Assembly (NCBI GenBank): GCA_030684355.1
Contig: JAUXTN010000093.1
Span: forward strand, 99,202 to 163,201
Source of the DNA: Pseudomonadota bacterium
GTDB lineage: Bacteria; Myxococcota_A; UBA796; SXON01
DNA: 64,000 bases
Direction of reading: 5' to 3'
A program made the translations under genes and the position numbers. Every line of letters begins with the position of its first letter. Position 1 is the first letter of the stretch. Under the pieces are notes generated by a model. That model was given only the letters and a program-made list of their open reading frames with translations, had not been told where the DNA came from and ran no database searches. Of the stretch, positions 56,610 through 64,000 are shown piece by piece.

Positions 56610-57386
56610 GTGCCACGGCTCGCCATCCTCCTGCTCCTGACGCTCGCGCTGGCCGGCTGCGGGAGGGGGATGACCGATCGCGACGAGCCGTGCGCGGGCG
56701 CGGGCTGCGCGGAGGCGGACGCGGACACCGATGCTGACGCGGACACGGACACCGATGCTGACACGGACGCCGACGCCGACACGGACACCGACGCCGACGC
56801 CGACGCCGACACGGACCCTGACGCCGACACCGACACCGACACCGACACGGGCACCGACACCGCCGGCGACACGGCGGTCGGCACGTGCCCCGAGGACCTG
56901 TCCCCGCCGGGCGGCGGCCGGTGCCCCGAGGCGTGCACCGGCGGGTGCAGCGTCGGGATCTGCGAGATCTCCTGCAATTCCGAGGGCGGCTGCACCGACC
57001 AGGCGTTGACCTGCCCGGACGGTTGGCCGTGCCAGGTGACATGTGACCGCACCCAGTCGTGTCGCGGCGCGACAATCGTGGGGGGCCTCCGCGGCTCGCT
57101 CGCCGTGTCGTGCGGCGGCAGCAGCGCGTGCATCGATGCCACGGTCACGTGCCCGACGGGCGGCCCGTGCACGGCCGACTGCCGCGGGGTGGGAGCCTGC
57201 GGTGGGCTCGCGCTGAGCTGCGCGGAGGTCGGCGACTGCGCGATCACGTGCTCGGGGAGCAATTCCTGCGGCACCGGCGCGATCGCGTGTGCCGCCGACA
57301 CCTGCGCGCGCACGTGCACTGGCGCGGCGTTCACGCCGACGATGACCGACCGCGAAGAGAGCTGCGACTGCCAGGACGGGTGCTGA
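56610..57386 (+). CDS. Lipoprotein with a D-A/D-T linker and five tandem 23-residue Cys-ladder repeats
   Basis: (M)PRLAILLLLTLALAGC lipobox and a ~50-aa (DA/DT)n linker. Cys spacing then runs 6,7,6,4 repeatedly, with the first Cys of each unit at linker-relative positions 34, 57, 80, 103 and 126. There are 27 Cys in the last 170 aa. Confidence 0.75.
   Translation: MPRLAILLLLTLALAGCGRGMTDRDEPCAGAGCAEADADTDADADTDTDADTDADADTDTDADADADTDPDADTDTDTDTGTDTAGDTAVGTCPEDLSPPGGGRCPEACTGGCSVGICEISCNSEGGCTDQALTCPDGWPCQVTCDRTQSCRGATIVGGLRGSLAVSCGGSSACIDATVTCPTGGPCTADCRGVGACGGLALSCAEVGDCAITCSGSNSCGTGAIACAADTCARTCTGAAFTPTMTDREESCDCQDGC
56713..56868 (+). repeat. Coding hexanucleotide array (GAC-RCN)n encoding ADADTDADADTDTDADTDADADTDTDADADADTDPDADTDTDTDTGTDT
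   Basis: Direct reading of gacgcggacaccgatgctgacgcggacacggacaccgatgctgacacggacgccgacgccgac... Confidence 0.85.
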
Positions 57387-57552
57387 TCCCGACGCACTCG
57401 CGATGTTGGCATGGCGCGGAGATGTCGACGCCCCCCACGCCGCGCGAGGGGCCCGGCGGGCGGCCGCTCCCTGGGCGGCCGGTTCGGCGCGGACCGGGCG
57501 CCCGGTAGCCAGGCTGGCTGGCGCTCAGCCTGTCTGGCTTTATCGGGTCGGC

Positions 57553-57671
57553 GAAGCTCCGTTTGCTTCGCGCCTCCACGTTTGCGCCCAGCGCAAACAT
57601 GGAGGCACTCGAAACGGAGCCGCCTCCGGAACGCCGGTCTTCCTGCCGGGTTTGGTAACCCGCCAGGAAGA
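57553..57671. other. Cluster of long near-perfect hairpins with a shared GGAGG arm (alternative pairings) in a convergent intergenic region
   Basis: Hairpin 57573..57605 has 14 of 15 positions paired and a cca loop. Hairpin 57601..57627 (ggaggc/gcctcc) reuses the ggagg of the first. Hairpin 57638..57671 has 14 of 15 positions paired and a tggt loop. There is also a small stem at 57553..57569. Local GC is lower than in the flanks. Confidence 0.4.
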
Positions 57672-57727
57672 TCGGCTACGGCGACCGGCCCGCGCCAACC
57701 AAGCGAAGCGCGCCCAGAGGGGCCCGG

Positions 57728-57749
57728 CCCCCGCCGCTCGGGGCGGGGG
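57728..57749 (-). terminator. GC-only 8-bp stem-loop about 20 nt after the glutamine synthetase stop; no U-tract
   Basis: cccccgcc (57728..57735) pairs with ggcggggg (57742..57749), with a 6-nt loop. Confidence 0.3.
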
Positions 57750-57767
57750 ACGCGCCCAAGCGAGAGC

Positions 57768-59207
57768 CTAGAACTGGCTCCAGAGGTACTGGTTCGTCAC
57801 CTCGTGGTGGAACTGCACCTCGGCGGTCTTCACGAGCGTGCCGAGCGCCTTCGGGCAGCGCTCCGCCTGCGCGAGCTTCAGCTCGGCGTAGCGCTCCGCC
57901 GCGGACTCACCCAGGAGCTCGGGGATGTAGCGGCTGGCCTTGAAGACCCGGAGGGCGTCCTGGATGTTGCTGGGGAGGAAGCGGGTGCGCTCGCGACGCG
58001 TGTCATCGCCCTTGCCGACGGGCCCTTCCAAGCCGGTGCGGAGGAGGGTGTAGATGACCATGTACGGGTTGGTGTCGGGGGCGACGGAGCGCACCTCGAC
58101 GCGCGTGCTGCGCTCGTTGCCGAACGGGATGCGGACCATGGCGCCGCGGTTGTTCGCGGAGGCCTTGATCTGGTTGGGCGCCTCGAAGTGCGGATCCAAG
58201 CGGCGGTAGGCGTTCACGCTCGGGTTGAGGATGAGGCAGAGGTCGTTCGCGTTGTTGAGGATGCGATCGACGAAGTCCCAACCGAGGGCGGAGAGGTTGT
58301 CCTTGCCGTCCTTGTCCCAGAACAGGTTCTTGCCACCGCGCGAGATCGACATGTTGGTGTGCATGCCGCTGCCGTTGATGCCCGCCACCGGCTTGGGGAG
58401 GAAGCTGGCGGTGCAATCGTGCTGGGCGGCCACCTGGCGGCAGAGCAGCTTGTAGAGCTGGATCTGGTCGGACGCGATGAGGGCGTCGGTGTAGGTGTAG
58501 TTCATCTCGAACTGGGAGGGCGCCACCTCGGGGTGGTCCTTCTCGTTCTGGAAGCCCATGGCGCGCTGCACTTCGGCGGCGGCGTCGATGAACTTGCGGA
58601 GGGGGTCGCCCGGGAGCGAGTGGTAGTAGCCGCCGGTGGAGAGGAACTCGAACTTGCCGGTCTCGTGGAAGTGGCGCTCGGCGTCCTTGCCCTTGAAGAG
58701 GAAGCCTTCGACCTCGTTCGCGGCGTGACACACCGTGCCGTCCTTGGCGAACATCTGGTCGGTGTAACGGCGGAGCTGGGCGCGCATGTCCGCGGCGTAG
58801 GGCGTGCCGTCGCGACCGAGCACCTCGCCGAAGACGAGCACCTTGCCGGGGCCGAACACGTCACTCGGGAGCCAATAGAACGAGGCCCAATCGATCTCGA
58901 GGCGAAGGTCGCTCTCGTGCTGCGCGGAGAAGCCACGGATGGACGACCCGTCGAACGTGAGGTTGTCGGCGGACTTCAACAGGAACTTCTTGTCGTAGTC
59001 GAGCATGTGCAGCCGGCCCTCGAGGTCGGTGAAGCACACGGTGACGGCCTTGATCCGCTTCTCGTCGGAGAGGTAGCGCACCCGCTCCTCGCGCACCTTG
59101 TCGGCCGGTACGCGGTCGGTCCGCTGCTTCTTGGCCGCGAGGTTGAGCTCCTCCAGCTTGTCGTAGGGGATCTCGAGGAAGTCGCGGAGGGGCGTGGACT
59201 CGGGCAT
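57768..59207 (-). CDS. glnA: Glutamine synthetase family protein (type-I-like catalytic core with an N-terminal extension)
   Basis: FDGSSIRGF, HPEVAPSQFEMNY, NGSGMHTNMS, NAYRRL, NRGAMVRIP. The 602-aa antisense ORF was rejected. Confidence 0.85.
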   Translation of the reverse strand: MPESTPLRDFLEIPYDKLEELNLAAKKQRTDRVPADKVREERVRYLSDEKRIKAVTVCFTDLEGRLHMLDYDKKFLLKSADNLTFDGSSIRGFSAQHESDLRLEIDWASFYWLPSDVFGPGKVLVFGEVLGRDGTPYAADMRAQLRRYTDQMFAKDGTVCHAANEVEGFLFKGKDAERHFHETGKFEFLSTGGYYHSLPGDPLRKFIDAAAEVQRAMGFQNEKDHPEVAPSQFEMNYTYTDALIASDQIQLYKLLCRQVAAQHDCTASFLPKPVAGINGSGMHTNMSISRGGKNLFWDKDGKDNLSALGWDFVDRILNNANDLCLILNPSVNAYRRLDPHFEAPNQIKASANNRGAMVRIPFGNERSTRVEVRSVAPDTNPYMVIYTLLRTGLEGPVGKGDDTRRERTRFLPSNIQDALRVFKASRYIPELLGESAAERYAELKLAQAERCPKALGTLVKTAEVQFHHEVTNQYLWSQF

Positions 59208-59362
59208 GGGGTCTCCTGAAGACGCGCCCCTCTTTACGTGCGCCCTCCGCCTTGTCGAGGCTTCGGAATGGCTCGCGTGAAAGAAATAATCGTAGTCATC
59301 TTCATGGGAAGGTTTCGCATGCGAGCGGATGGCGTCACCGCACGCGTGCCTAGCTTCTCGAC

Positions 59363-59707
59363 ATGCCCTTCCGCGCCGTGCTGGCCGTGCTCCTGTGGTG
59401 GCTCCTGGCGCCGTGCGCGCTCGCGCACGCCCGGCTGATCGAGAGCGTGCCCGCGGACGGCGCGGTGCTCGCGGCGCGCCCGGCGACGGTGGCGCTGACG
59501 TTCGACGGCGAGGTGGAGCCCGCGCTGGGCAGCCTCGTGCTGCACGGCGCCCCGGACGTGGTGCTCGAGCGTGTCGCGGACGCCGATCCCCGGCGGCTCG
59601 TCGCGGCGCTGCCCACCCTCGCGGCCGGCGCGTACCGGATCACGTGGCGGACGGTCTCGCGTGACGGGCACGCGATCACGGGCGTGGTCCGCTTCGTCGT
59701 GGAGTAG
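59363..59707 (+). CDS. copC: CopC-domain copper-binding periplasmic protein
   Basis: Signal peptide ...APCALAHARLIESVPADGAVL (mature N-terminal His). It also has YRITWRTVSRDGHAITG. Confidence 0.8.
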   Translation: MPFRAVLAVLLWWLLAPCALAHARLIESVPADGAVLAARPATVALTFDGEVEPALGSLVLHGAPDVVLERVADADPRRLVAALPTLAAGAYRITWRTVSRDGHAITGVVRFVVE

Positions 59708-59710
59708 CCC

Positions 59711-60616
59711 GTGGAGCACGTCCTGGACGGGGCGCTGGCGCACGCGGCGTCCGTGTTCGGGCTCGCGGCGGTGACGGCGCCCGGGGCGTGGGCGCTGGTG
59801 ACCGGGGAGCGGGCGGGGATCGCGGGGCTGCGTCGGGCGGGCGGCGTGCTGCTCCTCGTGGGGGCGATGCTCCACCTGATCGCGGGGGCGGCGGTCGTGG
59901 AGGGTCCGGTCGTGCGTGCGGTCACGACGTTGTTGTCGGGGACGTTCTACGGGGCGAGCCTCGGCATCTACGCCGGCGGCGCGCTCGGGACCCTGGTGCT
60001 CCCGACCCTGGTGCTCCCGACCCTGGCGCCTCCGGCCCCGGCGCCTCCGGCCCCGGCGCTCGCGACCCCGGCGCCTGCCCGGTGGGGCCTCCTCGCGGCG
60101 TTCGGCGCGGCACTCGGCGCGGCGTGGGGCCTCGCGCGGCTGGGGCACGCCGCGACGGAGGGGACGTGGAGCGCGGCGGTCGGGTGGACGACGCTGCACG
60201 TGGCGGCCGCGGTGCTCTGGCTCGGGGGGATCGGGATGGCGACGGTCGGCGGGGCGGCGGCGCGGGCCCGGTTCCGGCCGGTCGCCGTCGGGTGCGTCGT
60301 GGTGCTCGTGGCGACCGGAGGGCTGCGCGCCGTGCAGGTCCTCGAGGCCGGCGCGGGGCGGATCGCCGCCGGGGACCTCCTCCCCGGGGTCGCGTGGATC
60401 GGCGCGCTGGGGATGAAGGGCGTCGCGGTCGCGGCGGTGGCGGTGTGCGCGGCGCGGACGTGGCGGGCGATGCGGCCGGAGCGGGCGAAGCTCTTGGAGC
60501 AAGCACCTGTCGCCGAGGCGGGGACCGCCGTGGAGGGGGCGCTCGTGGCGGAGCTCTACGGCGTCGCGGTCGTCATCCTGCTCGGAGCGCTCCTCGGCCG
60601 GCTCCCGACGCCGTGA
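59711..60616 (+). CDS. copD: CopD-like polytopic membrane protein
   Basis: A hydrophobic 301-aa protein directly after copC with a 3-nt gap. The call rests mainly on position and topology. Confidence 0.55.
   Translation: MEHVLDGALAHAASVFGLAAVTAPGAWALVTGERAGIAGLRRAGGVLLLVGAMLHLIAGAAVVEGPVVRAVTTLLSGTFYGASLGIYAGGALGTLVLPTLVLPTLAPPAPAPPAPALATPAPARWGLLAAFGAALGAAWGLARLGHAATEGTWSAAVGWTTLHVAAAVLWLGGIGMATVGGAAARARFRPVAVGCVVVLVATGGLRAVQVLEAGAGRIAAGDLLPGVAWIGALGMKGVAVAAVAVCAARTWRAMRPERAKLLEQAPVAEAGTAVEGALVAELYGVAVVILLGALLGRLPTP
59990..60056 (+). repeat. Two adjacent in-frame 15-bp tandem duplications inside copD
   Basis: accctggtgctcccg occurs 2.5 times (59990..60026) and cgcctccggccccgg occurs twice (60027..60056). 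Together they encode TLVLPTLVLPTLAPPAPAPPAPA. Confidence 0.85.
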
Positions 60617-60659
60617 ACCCGACCGCCGTGAAACTGGACCTCGGACGCGGCCGCTTGGA

Positions 60660-61157
60660 TCAGGCCTCGACCGCCGGCTCGGCCCCGCCCGCCGCGACCA
60701 ACGCGGCTTGCGCCGCCGGCACCTCGGTGGGGGCACACCCCTCCACCGCCACCAGGATCTCCTCCTGGCCGACCACGCGCCGCCACACGGGGCGCGGGCG
60801 CTCCGGCACGAACCATCCCACCGCCGCGCCGATCAGCGCCCCCGCGAGGGAGCCCGCGTTGGGGCCGAGGAGCTGCGCCCAGAGCACGATCGAGGGCGGG
60901 TTCCGGCCCGGGAGCGCCACGACGGCCAGCCCGATGGCCCCGCCGACGAGGAGCCCCACGACCGCGCCGACGCCGGCGCCGGTCAGCGCCTGCCGCCGCC
61001 CCGACCGCGCCCGACCGTGAAACCACCGGCGCGCCCCGGCGGGCGAGACGATGACCTCGATGCGGTCCCGCGGCACGCCCGCGAGCTCGAGGCGGTAGAT
61101 GGCGTCCTCGACGGCCACGGGGTCGTGGAACAGGGCGGAGACGGTGACCCGGCTCAT
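60660..61157 (-). CDS. YflT/general-stress-protein-17M-like domain membrane protein
   Basis: MSRVTVSALFHDPVAVEDAIYRLELAGVPRDRIEVIV, followed by two Gly-rich TM segments. Its ATG overlaps the upstream TGA (ATGA). Confidence 0.55.
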   Translation of the reverse strand: MSRVTVSALFHDPVAVEDAIYRLELAGVPRDRIEVIVSPAGARRWFHGRARSGRRQALTGAGVGAVVGLLVGGAIGLAVVALPGRNPPSIVLWAQLLGPNAGSLAGALIGAAVGWFVPERPRPVWRRVVGQEEILVAVEGCAPTEVPAAQAALVAAGGAEPAVEA

Positions 61158-61837
61158 GGGAGCGCCTCCAGCTCGGCCGCGGTCCAGGGGGTGGCGCGGG
61201 CACCGGCGGCACGCAGCTCGGTCACCAGCGCGGGGTCGACCGGCGGGGCGTCCACCCCGGCGTGGGTGCGCTCGTGGGTGAGCACCGCGGCGATCGCGGC
61301 GTCGTCGAGCTGATCGCGCCACGGGGGCATGACCCCGTCGTAGGGCTGCCCCCCGACGGTGATCGGCCCACCGAGGCCGTCGAGCACGATGCGGACGAGG
61401 ATGGCGGGGTCGCCGGCGACCCACTCGGAGCCGACCAGGGGCGGGAACACACCGGGCAGGCCCTCGCCACCGGCCTGGTGACAGGATGCGCAGCGTTGGG
61501 TGTAGATGTCCGCGCCGGAGAGCGGGGCGGCCGCGGTGGGGCCCGCGCCGGTCGGGGGGGCGCCGGGCGCCGCGGCCTCCTCGTCCGGTGCGTAGCCGAG
61601 GTGGGACTCCACCCCGAACGTCCCGCCGTGGCGGCCGAGGTACCAGCCGCCCCAGAAGAGCGCCGTCGCCGCCGCCGCCCACAACCACCACGGCGCCGGC
61701 TCCCGGCCCTCGATGGGCTCCGGCGGCTCGCGCGCGATCGCCCGGTGGAGCGCCTCCACCTCGACACCGACGGCCTCGCCGGGCTCCGGCGCGCCGCTCT
61801 CCGGTGGAACCGGCGGGTTCGGTGGTTCAGCGGGCAC
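61154..61837 (-). CDS. Membrane-anchored mono-haem c-type cytochrome (in the CcoP position of a cbb3 cluster)
   Basis: There is a single CxxCH (CASCH), a TM segment WWLWAAAATALFWGGWYL, and the distal Met region GVMPPW. A second haem motif is absent. Confidence 0.7.
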   Translation of the reverse strand: MPAEPPNPPVPPESGAPEPGEAVGVEVEALHRAIAREPPEPIEGREPAPWWLWAAAATALFWGGWYLGRHGGTFGVESHLGYAPDEEAAAPGAPPTGAGPTAAAPLSGADIYTQRCASCHQAGGEGLPGVFPPLVGSEWVAGDPAILVRIVLDGLGGPITVGGQPYDGVMPPWRDQLDDAAIAAVLTHERTHAGVDAPPVDPALVTELRAAGARATPWTAAELEALP

Positions 61838-62429
61838 GTGGAGTCGCCTCCGTCGGGGCCAGCGGTTGGGTGTGGTCGAGCGAGAGCAGGTAGTCCACGA
61901 GCGCCACGGCTTCGGGCCCGGCGACGACCACGCCGGATTCGGGCGCCCAGGCCGGCGGCACGGTGACCACCTCGTCGTCGGGGCCCGCCTGCGCCTTCAC
62001 CTCGAAGAGGTAGGGGAACGACGGCATGATCGACCAGGGCACCACCGCCCGCGGTTGGTAGAGGTGTAGCAACTGCCAGCGCCGATCCGGGAGGCGGGCG
62101 CCGACGTTCATCAGGTCAGGGCCGGTGCGCATGGTGCCGAGCTGGTGCGGCGCGTCGTAGACATAGTCGCCGGGGACGCTCGGCCGGCCCCAGCCGCGCG
62201 CTTCGTCGGTCGTGATTGTCGTGTCACGAACCTGCTGGCTGTGGCAGTACATGCACCCCTCCCGGATGTAGACGCCCCGCCCCGAGGCCTCGCTGGCGGT
62301 GTAGGGCTCCAGGCCCGGGCTGGGCTTCACCTCGGTGAGCAGGGCGGCGGGCACGACGACCAGCACCATGGCCGCGAAGGACATGATGGCGACGGCGCCG
62401 AGGAGCAGGAGCCAGACGCGGAGGTTCAC
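61827..62429 (-). CDS. ccoO: cbb3-type cytochrome c oxidase subunit II (CcoO)
   Basis: N-terminal TM segment, then GRGVYIREGCMYCHSQQVR...GPDLMNVG...HLYQPR. GTG 62429 overlaps the ccoN TGA. Confidence 0.85.
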   Translation of the reverse strand: MNLRVWLLLLGAVAIMSFAAMVLVVVPAALLTEVKPSPGLEPYTASEASGRGVYIREGCMYCHSQQVRDTTITTDEARGWGRPSVPGDYVYDAPHQLGTMRTGPDLMNVGARLPDRRWQLLHLYQPRAVVPWSIMPSFPYLFEVKAQAGPDDEVVTVPPAWAPESGVVVAGPEAVALVDYLLSLDHTQPLAPTEATPRAR

Positions 62430-63865
62430 CCGGACTCCTCGTAGAGACGCGGCTGCGCCTCGTGCCACGGAGGGAGCCGGCGCTCGCGCCGCAGGTGGCG
62501 CGACAGCATGAGGGCGATGTGCCACGCGAACACGAGGTGCCCGGCGGTGAGCACGAGCCCTGCCACGGTGCGCACGGCGAGCCACGGGAGGGTGACGGTG
62601 ACGGACTCCTCGAAGGGCCGCGCCGGATCGAGGAGCGCCATGCCCTGCAGCACTCCGCCCACGATCAGGGCGAGCACGTAGGCGGCGATGCCGCCGAGCG
62701 AGAGCCAGAAGTGCCAGCGGATGAGCGACGCGCTCGGCCACTCGCGCTCCACGAGGCGGGGGAGGATGTAGTAGATCGACCCGAACAACGTCAGGGTCAC
62801 GAACGCGTAGACCCCGACGTGGGAGTGCGCGATCGTCCACTGGGTGAAGTGGGTGACGCGGTTCACCTCGACGAACGCCGTGAAGATTCCCTGGAGCGAG
62901 ACGGCGGTGTACGAGATGGCGCCGAGCACGACGAAGCGGAGGGTCGGGGAGTAGCGGAGCGCGCCGAAGCGGCCCACCATCGTCATGTGGTGGTTCACCG
63001 CGACCGCCCCGACGGGGATGACCATCATCCCGCTCGCGACGATGGACGTGGTGATCATCCACGTCGGGATGGGCCCGCCGACGAGGTGGTGCATGCCGTT
63101 GAGCGAGTAGAAGAACGCGAACGCCCAGAAGCCGACCAGGGAGAGCTGGTAGGAGTGGATGGGGCGCCCCAGCACCTTGGGGAGGAGGTAGTAGATGGCG
63201 CCGAGGTTGATGGCGGTGAGCCAGAAGCCGAGCGCGTTGTGTCCGTAGAACCAATTCACCGCCGCCGACTCGACCCCGGTGTACACCCGGAGGTTCCCGA
63301 TGACGAAGAGGATGGGGAACCAGACGAACGCGGCCGCGGTGTACCAGACGGACACGTAGAGGTGCTCCACCTTGGAGCCGAGCACCGTGCGCAGCAGCGC
63401 GCCGCCGACCATGGCTCCGCCCAGCACCAGCCAGGGATCGGAGAAGCGCCAGTCGAGCTCCAGCCACTCCAGCCCGTCGGTGGCGCCCGCGAGGAGCCCC
63501 GGCACACCGCTTAGGAGGCCGATGTTCCAGATCATCGCGCCGCCCACGGCGAGGCGCGGCCACGCGAGCGGCTGCCGCACGAGGCGCGGGATCAACCAGC
63601 ACGACACACCCAACATCGCGAGCGACGACCAACCGTAGATCATCGCGTTGAGGTGGGCGGTGCGCAGGCGGCCGAACGTGAGCGCGCCGGAGTCGGCGAG
63701 CCAGTCGGGGAACTGGAACTTGAGGCTCGCGAGGTCGCCGAAGATCGAGCCCACGAGCAGCCAGAAGACGGCGGTGACGAAGCAGAGGAGGGCGGGCTCG
63801 CGGCCGGCGAAGTCGAGGGCGCTGCGCTCGGCGGTGCCGGCGGGCGGGCTCTCGGGGGGCGTCAT
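62426..63865 (-). CDS. ccoN: cbb3-type cytochrome c oxidase subunit I (CcoN)
   Basis: A 12-TM haem-copper oxidase with WFYGHNALGFW, NGMHHL, VNHHMT and WTIAHSHVGVY. ATG 63865 was chosen. Confidence 0.9.
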   Translation of the reverse strand: MTPPESPPAGTAERSALDFAGREPALLCFVTAVFWLLVGSIFGDLASLKFQFPDWLADSGALTFGRLRTAHLNAMIYGWSSLAMLGVSCWLIPRLVRQPLAWPRLAVGGAMIWNIGLLSGVPGLLAGATDGLEWLELDWRFSDPWLVLGGAMVGGALLRTVLGSKVEHLYVSVWYTAAAFVWFPILFVIGNLRVYTGVESAAVNWFYGHNALGFWLTAINLGAIYYLLPKVLGRPIHSYQLSLVGFWAFAFFYSLNGMHHLVGGPIPTWMITTSIVASGMMVIPVGAVAVNHHMTMVGRFGALRYSPTLRFVVLGAISYTAVSLQGIFTAFVEVNRVTHFTQWTIAHSHVGVYAFVTLTLFGSIYYILPRLVEREWPSASLIRWHFWLSLGGIAAYVLALIVGGVLQGMALLDPARPFEESVTVTLPWLAVRTVAGLVLTAGHLVFAWHIALMLSRHLRRERRLPPWHEAQPRLYEESG

Positions 63866-64000
63866 GCGCCGCCCCACTCCCCGGGGCCGGGCGGGAGCGG
63901 GGGGCCGTGCGCCTGCACCCGCTCGCGGGCCTGGGAGGGGGTCTCCCACGGGCGAGCCACTCGCTGGTCGTGGTCGTCGAAGGGCAGGGTGGCCGCGCGG
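63862..64000 (-). CDS. 3' end of an unidentified gene; its 5' part lies beyond the window edge
   Basis: The high-GC3 minus frame ...RAATLPFDDHDQRVARPWETPSQARERVQAHGPPLPPGPGEWGGA ends with a TGA overlapping the ccoN ATG (ATGA). Confidence 0.4.
   Translation of the reverse strand, partial: RAATLPFDDHDQRVARPWETPSQARERVQAHGPPLPPGPGEWGGA

Noticed and set aside
56713-56868. Short-period repeat arrays considered as a CRISPR or non-coding satellite
   Set aside because: The period is 6 nt, there are no spacers, and the arrays sit inside well-supported ORFs encoding D-T/D-A linkers.
57540-57700. SRP RNA, 6S RNA or tmRNA in the hairpin-rich spacer
   Set aside because: I could not find the conserved SRP domain IV or tmRNA tag-region motifs by eye. 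The region is kept only as an unclassified structured element.
59320-59350. GGCACG-N4-CGGTG and the GCACGCGTGC palindrome upstream of glutamine synthetase, considered as a sigma54 promoter or NtrC site
   Set aside because: The -12 element does not match TTGC/TGC at the right spacing. A 10-bp GC palindrome is expected by chance at this GC content.

Overview
This is a very GC-rich bacterial chromosome segment, about 70 percent by eye (not computed). Its content points to Myxococcota: one MYXO-CTERM-like C-terminal sorting signal, two large Ser/Thr kinases, and many lipobox lipoproteins with MopE-type Cys-rich motifs, FG-GAP propellers and acidic D-T linkers. No rRNA, tRNA or CRISPR was seen.

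The ORF track lists the longest ATG/GTG/TTG ORFs and omits genes cut by the window edge. Most long Arg/Gly/Pro-rich ORFs in it are antisense GC artefacts. I chose frames by third-position GC bias, protein-like composition and remembered family motifs, and trimmed starts accordingly. All homology statements come from memory, not from searches.

Layout, left to right:
- 1-9.0 kb: secreted lipoprotein genes (CotH partial, ice-binding-like DUF3494, two tandem beta-helix paralogs, a 1219-aa MopE-motif plus 7x FG-GAP giant) with a solo IS66 TnpA-like remnant.
- 9.5-12.4 kb: a kinase operon.
- 12.4-16.3 kb: a decayed mobile/toxin-antitoxin island. It holds two UPF0175-DUF3368 pairs with broken toxins, an AbiEii C-terminal fragment, one intact PIN-RHH pair with a consensus leaderless promoter, VapC and serine-recombinase fragments, and an internally deleted SigZ-like sigma gene.
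- 16.4-19.0 kb: a flavoprotein-MFS pair.
- 19.1-24.7 kb: a WD40 kinase, an FHA-wHTH protein and a divergent orphan secreted protein.
- 24.8-33.7 kb: housekeeping-type genes (DEAD-box helicase, EVE, hybrid histidine kinase, PNGase-F-like lipoprotein, methyltransferase).
- 33.7-41.3 kb: a same-strand (minus) run of six genes, partly overlap-coupled (YHYH, TolB-like, FG-GAP lipoprotein, M3 peptidase, protease-less FtsH-like AAA, M50 protease).
- 42.2-44.5 kb: a DnaA-domain-III-only ATPase coupled to a frameshifted receiver protein with two EAD-like helical modules.
- 44.4-64.0 kb: an alkB-tetR-hydrolase operon with a candidate operator, a CotH-LTD plus fibrinogen-like lipoprotein pair, KAS III, dps, egtBD, a 23-residue-period Cys-ladder lipoprotein, glutamine synthetase, copCD and a cbb3 oxidase cluster.

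The candidates I consider most worth follow-up are the AAA-M50-M3 proteolysis cassette, the DnaA-like/EAD-REC locus, the Cys-ladder repeat protein, and the CotH loci paired with secreted adhesin-like lipoproteins.
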